Below are positions 40,561 to 48,793 of a stretch of 64,000 nucleotides of DNA, in pieces. The notes under the pieces were generated by a model. That model was given only the letters and a program-made list of their open reading frames with translations, was not told where the DNA came from and did no database searches. The translations under genes were made by a program, and so were the position numbers. The first letter of the stretch is position 1, and each line of letters starts with the position of its first letter. The stretch lies in contig JBPCLO010000026.1 in NCBI GenBank assembly GCA_051003155.1, forward strand, positions 96,001 through 160,000, in the 5' to 3' direction. The DNA comes from Fimbriimonadales bacterium (lineage in GTDB: Bacteria; Armatimonadota; Fimbriimonadia; Fimbriimonadales; ATM1).

Positions 40561-42798
40561 CTAGTGCTTGGGCGGGTCAGCTCTGCCGCCGAACCAGGGC
40601 ATCTTCGTCTTCTTCAGGGCTTCGACGCGCTTTCGTATCCGCGCTTGGAACTCGGCCGGCAACGCGCTCGTCGATATCGCGTCGGAGTTCTTCGGCAGGT
40701 TGTCATCTAAGAGCGTCTCCTTCAAGCTAACCCCCACGCCTAGCTGGAAAGTGAAGTCGAGCACCCTGCGGCTCCCCAGCCGAACACGGTCGATCTGCGG
40801 CATCATCCCGCCCATCTCGCCGAACTCGGGCGATTCTTTCATATATTGAAAGATCGCGAGTTCGTCCGTACCCAAGGCTCCGAACATCGCGATATCTTTG
40901 CCCTCGGCAGACTGAGGCACTACCACGTTGTCCTCAGTGAGCTTCAAAGTCACGTAGGCGTCGGCAGGCAAGCCGCTCGGCATCACTTCGGTCGGTTCGT
41001 CCTTATAGTCGACGACAGCGGAGGGCATGAAACTGCTCATCATCTCCATGAATCCGCCTTCGTCCGCCGGCTTGTCACCCGGCCGCTCGACCTTGATCTG
41101 AGGCGGCGAACCGAAAGCCATCTTCGTCACGAGGTCCTTCTGCTGAGGCAGCAGTGATCGCATGGATAGCTGCGAGCCGGCCTTAAGCGACTCTCGCTGC
41201 GCCAGCGTCAACTGGCCATAAAAGCGAAGCATGCTCCAATCGGTCGGCCCCCGCATCCCTTGGCTAAACGCATGCTGAGCGAACAACATCACATAAGGCA
41301 TGACAATCGGGGTCTCACTGGGCTGTTCGCACTTTAGTGCGTATGCGGCGAGGTCGTCGAGCGACGGAACGCCTTTCGCATGGCCCCCGCCGATGAGCGC
41401 GGCCAATGCGAAGCGGTCTACCCTAAGCTCCCTAGACTTGGCCGGCGAGGCGGGCCTAACCGTCATCCAGCCGTCGGCGCTGTCGATCGTAACCGACTCC
41501 CCGTTTTTCAGATCCTCGAGGTAGTCGTCAACCGTCGCCTTTCCCTTTGCGTTGAACGTGTCCATGAACGAAACTACGTTGTCGGGCAAGTTCGCTATGA
41601 GGTTGACGCCCTTGGCCCTCGCAACAGCGAGGAGCGCTTCCGATTGCTGGAACGACAGCGGGTCATAGTTGTCGGGGCGCAAGAGTTTTTCCAGGAGGCG
41701 CTCGCTTGGCTTTTTGCTGCCGAAGTCGTTGCCTCCTCCGGTGAAGTCGAAGAAACCGCTCAGTTCCTTCGTAGTATCGCTGTACTCGATGGGCGGGTTC
41801 GTCGGCCCTTGCTTCGGCGCCGCCTGGGTGTTTCCCGGTGCACTGGCGCCCATCATTCCCATTGGGTCAAACCCCGCACCGAGCGAATCCTGTCCGGACA
41901 GAACGACTTTTCCTTCTGCGTCGAACAACTTCAGCTCGATAGTCGCCCCGCCACCAAAAAAGCCAAACCCTTCCTTCGAAATAATAAACAGGACCTTGGC
42001 AATGGGAGCGGTTATCGGCTTGTCAAAGTTCTGGCGGTCAAAGCGACCCCAGGTTCGCCGCGTATCCTCTTCTTCCTTCTTTTGCTCGACGGTCTTCGGG
42101 TTCGTTTCTTCCGACTCGCGCTCTATCTTCTCGCGCTCGAGTGCCCCGGCGTTGTGCTCTTGCACAAGGTCCGCAATGATCGAACCGATGTTGCCCAGCG
42201 GCCGCTGCATTCGCGTCGGTGTACTCGCGAATACGAGCCGCTCTCCATCATCGACTGAGGCGATCGCTGCTGGCGAAACCAATGAGCTGATCCGGATGAT
42301 CGCCTTGGATATCCCGGTTAGAGGCTGCGGCAGCACTTCTTCGTCGTCCGGGGTTTCGCTTCCTGCAGGCCGAATGTCAGGTGCCGGCGAAAGCCGATCG
42401 GCCATCTGCTTGAGGGATTTTGTGACATCGGCCACCCGCATATCGGCCGCAGCCTGGCGGTCTTTTTGCAGAGTGACACTGGAGTAATTCAGCCACTGAA
42501 TGCCCTCCGCGTCCTTTACCCACTCGCCTGACGTCACCTTTGCGATCTTTGCCATGACCTGCGACAGCGGAGCATCCTTAACGTTAATAATCACAATTTC
42601 GGCAGCCGCCTGGCCCGCTACGTCAATCTTTGCGCCCGTCGCCTTGGCGATGTCGGCGAGCGCGCGCTTGATAGGCACAGCCACCGTCGAATAGGTTACT
42701 TTGGGGTCCGGGTCTTGAGCCCTTGCACCCGAGCAAGCCAGTAGGACCAGCGCAATTCTCGAAACCTTCCTCATTGTCAACACGTTCTCCAACATCAA
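40561..42798 (-). CDS. Secreted hypothetical protein (paralog 2)
   Basis: Full-length similarity to 38460-40523 (PSLDDLAA, DEPTE..P.GLP); start may be the later MRKVS. Confidence 0.8.
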   Translation of the reverse strand: MMLENVLTMRKVSRIALVLLACSGARAQDPDPKVTYSTVAVPIKRALADIAKATGAKIDVAGQAAAEIVIINVKDAPLSQVMAKIAKVTSGEWVKDAEGIQWLNYSSVTLQKDRQAAADMRVADVTKSLKQMADRLSPAPDIRPAGSETPDDEEVLPQPLTGISKAIIRISSLVSPAAIASVDDGERLVFASTPTRMQRPLGNIGSIIADLVQEHNAGALEREKIERESEETNPKTVEQKKEEEDTRRTWGRFDRQNFDKPITAPIAKVLFIISKEGFGFFGGGATIELKLFDAEGKVVLSGQDSLGAGFDPMGMMGASAPGNTQAAPKQGPTNPPIEYSDTTKELSGFFDFTGGGNDFGSKKPSERLLEKLLRPDNYDPLSFQQSEALLAVARAKGVNLIANLPDNVVSFMDTFNAKGKATVDDYLEDLKNGESVTIDSADGWMTVRPASPAKSRELRVDRFALAALIGGGHAKGVPSLDDLAAYALKCEQPSETPIVMPYVMLFAQHAFSQGMRGPTDWSMLRFYGQLTLAQRESLKAGSQLSMRSLLPQQKDLVTKMAFGSPPQIKVERPGDKPADEGGFMEMMSSFMPSAVVDYKDEPTEVMPSGLPADAYVTLKLTEDNVVVPQSAEGKDIAMFGALGTDELAIFQYMKESPEFGEMGGMMPQIDRVRLGSRRVLDFTFQLGVGVSLKETLLDDNLPKNSDAISTSALPAEFQARIRKRVEALKKTKMPWFGGRADPPKH

Positions 42799-42911
42799 GA
42801 ATACTACGGTTGCGCGTATCTTTAGGTTTTGGAACGTAACTATGGTTCATATCGACATCATTCGGCGTATGGGAGTTAGTGCGCAGATGCGCACGAACAG
42901 GAGGCTAACAA

Positions 42912-43061
42912 ATGCTTTGGACTATCGCCCTAATTCTGTTGATCCTTTGGGCACTCGGTTTCGGTGGCGTTTTCAGTGTCGGTAGCGTCATCCATGTGTT
43001 GCTTGTCATCGCCCTCGTTGTTATCGTGTTCCAGCTACTGAGCGGCAGGCGCGCCCTCTAA
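42912..43061 (+). CDS. lmo0937 family small membrane protein
   Basis: MLWTIALILLILWALGFGGVFSVGSVIHVLLVIALVVIVFQLLSGRRAL; AGGAGG RBS; below the ORF-track cutoff. Confidence 0.88.
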   Translation: MLWTIALILLILWALGFGGVFSVGSVIHVLLVIALVVIVFQLLSGRRAL

Positions 43062-43184
43062 AGGCTGCCGATTTCCGGAGGGGCCAAGGCAAGCTTCTCC
43101 GGAAATCGGCGGCAACTCGAACTACGCCGGCCCCTGGTACGTTCTAACGCAAGAGCTTTATTCGTACATCTAGGAGGGTTTGTC

Positions 43185-44786
43185 ATGTTGTCTAAGCTGT
43201 TAGAGAGGATTCTGCCCGTCGCATTGTGTGCCGTCATCGGAATTGCGGCTACCACCGCTCATTCCCAATTCACCTTCAGCAAGGTGGCTTTAAGGACCCA
43301 CATCGACCTCGCAACGTTCGGTGCCGATAACGGCAACGGCTGCTGGGGGTACGTTTCTCCCTCAGGCCGCGAATACGCCATCATGGGTCTCAGCAATAAG
43401 GTCGCCTTCGTGGAGATCACCGACCCGGCGAAGTCAGATTGGTTCGCATCCATACCGCACGCGAATGGTCTTTGGGCGGACATCAAGGTCTATGGAAATT
43501 ACGCCTACGTGGTGACCGAAGAAAGCGGCAGCGGAATCCAGGTCATCGATATGTCGAACATCGACAATCATATAGTGACCCTCGTTAGAACCATCACTTC
43601 AGTCGGACGAAGCCACACCTGCCAGGTCGACGAAACCAGCGGCTATCTCTACACTTGCGGCTCGAACGAGGGCAACGGCACAACCACCGTGTTCAGCCTG
43701 GCCAACCCCGCGAACCCGCAGCGGGTCGGTGTAGCCGACCTGACCGGGGGCGATTACATGCACGAAGCCATGATCCACACATACACGAGTGGTCCATACG
43801 CTGGACGCCAGATCTTCTTCGGATGCGGAACTGACCGTGGCGTCGAAATCTACGACGTAACTAACAAGAACGCCCCGTTCCTGATCAAGCGCGTAACCTA
43901 TCCCGACATCGGCTACTGCCACCAAGCTTGGATCAGCGAAGACCTCAAGTACCTGTACATGGACGATGAGTTCGATGAGGATTGGTTCGGGTTCACTTCG
44001 AGAACGATCGTCTTCGACGTGAGCAGCCTCGAAAACGCCACTTATCTGACAAGCTTTACCACCGGATTGAACAGTGTCGACCACAATCTTTATGTAAGGG
44101 ACGGTTTCATCTACGAATCCAACTACACGACTGGGCTTCGGGTATTCGATGCCAACGACAACCCGACGGCTCCCACGCAGGTCGGGTGGTTCGACACGCA
44201 TCCCGAATCCAACGGCAGCGGCTACCAGGGCCTCTGGAGCAACTACCCGTTCTTCCCGAGCGGAACGGTCATCGGCAGCGACATCAACCGCGGCCTCTTC
44301 GTTTGGGACGTCACTGAGGCGGTTACCCGGGTGCTCACCCCGACATCGTTTACTATGGCGCGGGGAACCGTGCTGAGCGGCAACCTCGCGAGCCTTGCAT
44401 CGAGTGACGACAACCGGCTAACGATGCGCCCGGGCGCAGTCTTCTCGACCTCGGAGCCCGCGATCCAGCTCGTCATGGATGCCACCGCTCCGTCGACCAC
44501 GCCCCGCCTCATGAAGTTCAGGGCCGAGACCCGTGGCAGCGTAAGCACGCTGATCCAGAAGATCGATCTTTACAACTTCACGGCCAACGCTTACGAGACC
44601 CTGGACACCCGAAACGCGACGACGGGCGATGCCGTGGTCGAGGTCACCGCAGGTGGGAACCTCGCGCGCTTCGTGAACTCGAACAAGCAGGTCCGCGCTC
44701 GCATCTCATATCGATCGACGAGCGCGACGTTCCAGTACCCGTGGACGGCCGGCGTAGACTTCGCTTCCTGGTCCATCGCTCCGTAG
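43185..44786 (+). CDS. Choice-of-anchor B family (LVIVD-like repeat) secreted protein
   Basis: WGYVSPSGREYA, WADIK, YCHQAW, DDEFDE, DHNLY, WSNYPFFPSG; AGGAGG RBS. Confidence 0.88.
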   Translation: MLSKLLERILPVALCAVIGIAATTAHSQFTFSKVALRTHIDLATFGADNGNGCWGYVSPSGREYAIMGLSNKVAFVEITDPAKSDWFASIPHANGLWADIKVYGNYAYVVTEESGSGIQVIDMSNIDNHIVTLVRTITSVGRSHTCQVDETSGYLYTCGSNEGNGTTTVFSLANPANPQRVGVADLTGGDYMHEAMIHTYTSGPYAGRQIFFGCGTDRGVEIYDVTNKNAPFLIKRVTYPDIGYCHQAWISEDLKYLYMDDEFDEDWFGFTSRTIVFDVSSLENATYLTSFTTGLNSVDHNLYVRDGFIYESNYTTGLRVFDANDNPTAPTQVGWFDTHPESNGSGYQGLWSNYPFFPSGTVIGSDINRGLFVWDVTEAVTRVLTPTSFTMARGTVLSGNLASLASSDDNRLTMRPGAVFSTSEPAIQLVMDATAPSTTPRLMKFRAETRGSVSTLIQKIDLYNFTANAYETLDTRNATTGDAVVEVTAGGNLARFVNSNKQVRARISYRSTSATFQYPWTAGVDFASWSIAP

Positions 44787-44808
44787 CGATCGACCCGGCT
44801 TCTCCCCC

Positions 44809-44843
44809 GAGGGCGCCTTTTCATCCCCCTGGAAGGCGCTCTC
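44809..44843. terminator. Hairpin between convergent genes
   Basis: GAGGGCGCCTT...AAGGCGCTCTC inverted repeat. Confidence 0.5.
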
Positions 44844-44966
44844 TCTATTTCTGCCGGTTGCGGGAGCACTTAGGTTAGTGACCTTTTTGGAGGTACCCAA
44901 CATGAGAATCGACCGCATCTCGGCTCCGCTCCTCTATTGCAGGTCGAGCGTCCTCGCGAGACCTTG

Positions 44967-45260
44967 TTAGTCGCTCCTAGTTCGGGAGAGTTGATGCCAG
45001 AACGTAATGAGAATTATCCCGACGCCGAGGATTACCAGCACAATCGAAAAGCTGGCAGCAACCGACGGCCACGGGTTCGGCTGTTGGTGCAAGCTGGGTT
45101 CGGACACGCTGTACGGCGTGTAAAACCTCCAACGGGCGTCACCCACCGTAGCCACAGTCCAGTCGGCGATGACCTGCGTCACTAGGCCCACCACTATCAG
45201 CAGTGCGCCGCGCCAATATGCTGATTTGAACGACATCACGTCCGCTCCACCATGTACCAT
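44967..45260 (-). CDS. Small two-TM hypothetical protein
   Basis: Two hydrophobic helices; no family recognised. Confidence 0.45.
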   Translation of the reverse strand: MVHGGADVMSFKSAYWRGALLIVVGLVTQVIADWTVATVGDARWRFYTPYSVSEPSLHQQPNPWPSVAASFSIVLVILGVGIILITFWHQLSRTRSD

Positions 45261-45545
45261 TCTCTACGGAGATTCTCCAACGCGATTTTGTATCCAAGGC
45301 TCTGCGGGGGCGCTTCGAGGAGCTTCAAATAGCGGGCAGCGCGGGGCTCGACGTTCTTCTCGCGGATCGGATACTGGAAAGCGCCCGCCGGACGGTTCAA
45401 AACTCTCTGCAAGAACGCCAGTATTACTACAGCAAGATTCGTCGTTCCCTCACTATCGAAGCGCATGTCAGAAGTTTTATACCCTTGACGGCGGGCGGTC
45501 TACCTAGGTTGAGGAGCACTCCCAAACGGTAAACTGACACCTCGC

Positions 45546-46763
45546 ATGGACTTTCAGCTGACGCACGAACACGAGTTGATCCGCGAGTCTTCGCGGCGGT
45601 TTGCACAGGAGCACATAATGCCCGGGCTGCGCGAGAGGGACGCGAAAGCCGAGCCGGACCCGGAGTTCCTGAAGAAATTGGGGAAGGCCGGGCTAACCGG
45701 CGTCTCCATTCCCGCCAAATACGGCGGAATGGACACCGACTACATCAGCCTCGGCATCGTGTGCGAAGAACTGGAAAGGGCCGACACCAGCGCGAGGGTC
45801 GTAATGAGCGTGCATAGCGGCCTCCACTGCCTTACGCTCTTGCAGTGGGGCACCGAAGAGCAGAAGAAACGACTACTGACGCCGCTCGCGAAAGGTGACA
45901 AGATCGGCGGGTTTGGCTTGACCGAGCCCAACGCCGGCAGCGACGCGGTCAACATCGCGACGCGGGCCAAGAAGGAAGGCGAATCGTACATCTTGAACGG
46001 AGAGAAGACCTGGATTTCTCTGAGCGACTACGCCGATCACTTCCTCGTGATCGCGGCTCTCGAAGGCGTCGACAAGAAGTCCCACGTGGCGCTGATCGTC
46101 GAACGCAGCGCCGAAGGCTTCTCCAGCCGGCCCATCAAGGGCAAGCTCGGGGTCCGCGCAGGAAACACCGGCCAGATTTTCTTCGACAACGTCCGCGTGC
46201 CGGTCGAAAACCGCCTGGGGGATGAAGGCGATGGCTTCAAAGTCGCGATGAGCGCGCTCGACCACGGGCGGTACACGGTGGCCTCCGGGGCGGTGGGGAT
46301 CATCACCGCCTGCCTCGACGCGTGTGTTCCTTATGCCAAGGATCGCAAGGTCTCTGGCGAGGAGATCGGGCGCAAGCAGCTGGTCCAGCAGATGGTCGCC
46401 AACATGGCCGCGGGGCGCGACATGGGGCGGCTTCTCTACTACCAGGTCGGGTGGATGAAGAACGCCGGTCTTCGGCACACACGCGAGGTGAGCATGGCCA
46501 AATGGCAGAACTGCAACGCCGCGTTCGCCGCCGCCAACGACGCGATCGAAATTCATGGGGCGTATGGCTACTGCGACGAGTTCCCGGTGGAGCGGTATTT
46601 CCGGAACTCGCGGGGCGCGATGATCTACGAGGGCACGCGCGAGATCCACACGCTCGTGCAGGCTGAGTACGCGATGGGCTACCGCGAGGATCGGCCGCTG
46701 AAGCGCATGCTTCCGAAGTGGCCTTTCTGCGAGGAGCATAGACCAGGGTCTGCCGGGTCGTAA
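45546..46763 (+). CDS. Acyl-CoA dehydrogenase
   Basis: FGLTEPNAGSD, LNGEKTWIS, HGAYGY, IYEGT. Confidence 0.96.
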   Translation: MDFQLTHEHELIRESSRRFAQEHIMPGLRERDAKAEPDPEFLKKLGKAGLTGVSIPAKYGGMDTDYISLGIVCEELERADTSARVVMSVHSGLHCLTLLQWGTEEQKKRLLTPLAKGDKIGGFGLTEPNAGSDAVNIATRAKKEGESYILNGEKTWISLSDYADHFLVIAALEGVDKKSHVALIVERSAEGFSSRPIKGKLGVRAGNTGQIFFDNVRVPVENRLGDEGDGFKVAMSALDHGRYTVASGAVGIITACLDACVPYAKDRKVSGEEIGRKQLVQQMVANMAAGRDMGRLLYYQVGWMKNAGLRHTREVSMAKWQNCNAAFAAANDAIEIHGAYGYCDEFPVERYFRNSRGAMIYEGTREIHTLVQAEYAMGYREDRPLKRMLPKWPFCEEHRPGSAGS

Positions 46764-46916
46764 AGGTTTGTCGCCTCAACACGGCGCGCATTGAGCTATA
46801 CGGATGCCGGCAGGATGCCAGCGCTACAGTCTCCAGTCTCCAGTCTGTAGTCTAAGACGCAAGAAAGAGCCGGCCGCAGATGGCCGACCCTTATCTTGCG
46901 CAAACGATCGGGGAGC

Positions 46917-47330
46917 TTAGTTGTGGGCCGCGGTCATTCTTGGGGTGGCGGGAACGCTCTCGACGAGCGCACTGCCGGGGGCAAGCAGATAGACGTGCTC
47001 GCCGACTTCTTCCCAAGTGCCTTCGTGGGCATAGTTCACTCCCGCGAGGAAGTCTTTGATCCTCTCCCGCAGTGTGGGGTCCGCAGACGCAATGTTCAGG
47101 ATCTGCTGCTCGCCGCGCTTCAGGCCGTCGGCGGCAGCGACGGCTTCGTCGAACGCGAGGACCTGCCGTCTGATCCGAATCATGTATTGCGTGGTGTGGT
47201 GAACTCGAAGATATTCGTTCGAGGATTCTTGAACCTCTTCCGACTCGTACTCTTCGAATGGATCGTCGTTGCGACGATGGAATAAACGTGCGAAAAAGCC
47301 TTGCTTTTCTGTGGTTTCCAACTCTTCCAT
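46917..47330 (-). CDS. sepF: Cell division protein SepF
   Basis: FDEA...AD.LK.G..QILN...RIKDFLAGV.YA..G......VYLLAP; downstream of yggS. Confidence 0.88.
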   Translation of the reverse strand: MEELETTEKQGFFARLFHRRNDDPFEEYESEEVQESSNEYLRVHHTTQYMIRIRRQVLAFDEAVAAADGLKRGEQQILNIASADPTLRERIKDFLAGVNYAHEGTWEEVGEHVYLLAPGSALVESVPATPRMTAAHN

Positions 47331-47346
47331 GAGTTTCCTCCGATAT

Positions 47347-48075
47347 TTATTTTGTTCTCGTACCGAAAATTCCGGTTCCGATTCTTACGTGTGTGGCGCC
47401 CTCTTCGATTGCCACTTCGTAATCCGACGTCATGCCCATGCTGAGACATCCTGTCCCCTGGACGCGCATCTCGTCCTTGAGCCGCCGCATCTTGGCAAAG
47501 TAAGGACGGACGGATTCCGGATTAAGATTCAAAGGTCCCATTGTCATGAGTCCCCGGAGCCTTAATTTAGGAAGATAGTACACGTTTTCCACGATTTCGG
47601 CAAGGTTTTCCGGAAAAATACCGCCCTTTTGTGGCTCGGACGCGATGTTGACTTCTATCAGGACGTTGATCGGGGAATCTACCCAGGCACTCAACCGCTC
47701 CGCCTTGTCTTCATTATCGAGAGTGTGGACCCAATCGAAATGGCTGGCCACTTTCTTGACCTTGTTGCTCTGCAGATTGCCGATGTAGTGCCAAACGATG
47801 TCCGGCGGGCAGTTGGGCTGCTTCGCAAGGGCTTCCTGAACGTAGTTCTCGCCGAAGTGACGAATTCCGGCCTCGAACGCGACGGCAACATCTTCCGCTG
47901 AGAATCCCTTCGTCGCGGCGATGATGGTTACATCCACGAGGCTTCTTCCCGACTTGACTGCAGCGAGGGCGATCCGCTCCGAAACCTCGGAGATGTTCGC
48001 TACGATCGAGTCGTGCCTGTTCAAGGGAGCCGCTAGCCGGAGGTGCGCTGTTGGATGATGTCGATGATAAGACAA
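47347..48075 (-). CDS. yggS: YggS family PLP-homeostasis protein
   Basis: AATK, FGENYVQE, WHYIGNLQSNK, LSMGMTSDY, VRIGTGIFG; exact start uncertain. Confidence 0.95.
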   Translation of the reverse strand: MSYHRHHPTAHLRLAAPLNRHDSIVANISEVSERIALAAVKSGRSLVDVTIIAATKGFSAEDVAVAFEAGIRHFGENYVQEALAKQPNCPPDIVWHYIGNLQSNKVKKVASHFDWVHTLDNEDKAERLSAWVDSPINVLIEVNIASEPQKGGIFPENLAEIVENVYYLPKLRLRGLMTMGPLNLNPESVRPYFAKMRRLKDEMRVQGTGCLSMGMTSDYEVAIEEGATHVRIGTGIFGTRTK

Positions 48076-48272
48076 AGACCCATGAACACGATTCCAAGAA
48101 TCAGCGTGATCTTGGACATGAGATCGTCGAATCCGGGCTTTCCCCGGTAAGTTGTTCGGATTTGGCTGCTGCCGCCGCTCATCGCGTCGGACTTACTGCC
48201 GAACACGGTCGTGATGAAGATAAACACCACGCACATGATGATGAGGAGCACGAACAGAATGTTGCTAACCAT
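48033..48272 (-). CDS. secG: Preprotein translocase subunit SecG
   Basis: Two TMs around a SKSDAMSGGS loop; KIT.ILG motif. Confidence 0.75.
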   Translation of the reverse strand: MVSNILFVLLIIMCVVFIFITTVFGSKSDAMSGGSSQIRTTYRGKPGFDDLMSKITLILGIVFMGLCLIIDIIQQRTSG

Positions 48273-48319
48273 GGAAATCTGCTCACAGTATACCGGGTGG
48301 GGTTATAATTACTGGCGGA

Positions 48320-48793
48320 GTGTCGAGTAAGAAGCAGGAAGTCGAGTGGTTCTTTCAAATCGGCGCTGAGCTCCAAAGGCTTAGCGATGAGGTTATGCGA
48401 GGCATCGTTGCGACTTCCGCCGCGACCCGGCGGTTTTGGCGGCCGAATGTCGATATCTGCGAGAGCGAGGACGAGGTCCTCATAACCGTCGAACTCGCCG
48501 GGGTCGAGCCGGAAACCATCAGCGTCCACTTCCTAACCGACACAAATGGCATCGTGATCCGCGGCGTGAGGACGCCAACCGACGTGGACAACGACGAACG
48601 GCCCATCAAGAGAAGCCACCAACTAGAAGTGTTTTACGGAGAGTTTGAGAGGCAGATTACGCTTCCGAACTTTCAAACCAATCGCAAGGCGATCCGGGCT
48701 CGATTCGTGAACGGCATGCTTTGCATCATCATCCCAAAGAGGAATAAGGCGTTGGAGGGTAGAAGTATTTCAGTTATAGAGAACCATGGCTGA
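48320..48793 (+). CDS. Hsp20/alpha-crystallin family protein
   Basis: WRPNVDICE, ELAGV, YGEFERQITLP, NGML.I.IPK. Confidence 0.92.
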   Translation: MSSKKQEVEWFFQIGAELQRLSDEVMRGIVATSAATRRFWRPNVDICESEDEVLITVELAGVEPETISVHFLTDTNGIVIRGVRTPTDVDNDERPIKRSHQLEVFYGEFERQITLPNFQTNRKAIRARFVNGMLCIIIPKRNKALEGRSISVIENHG

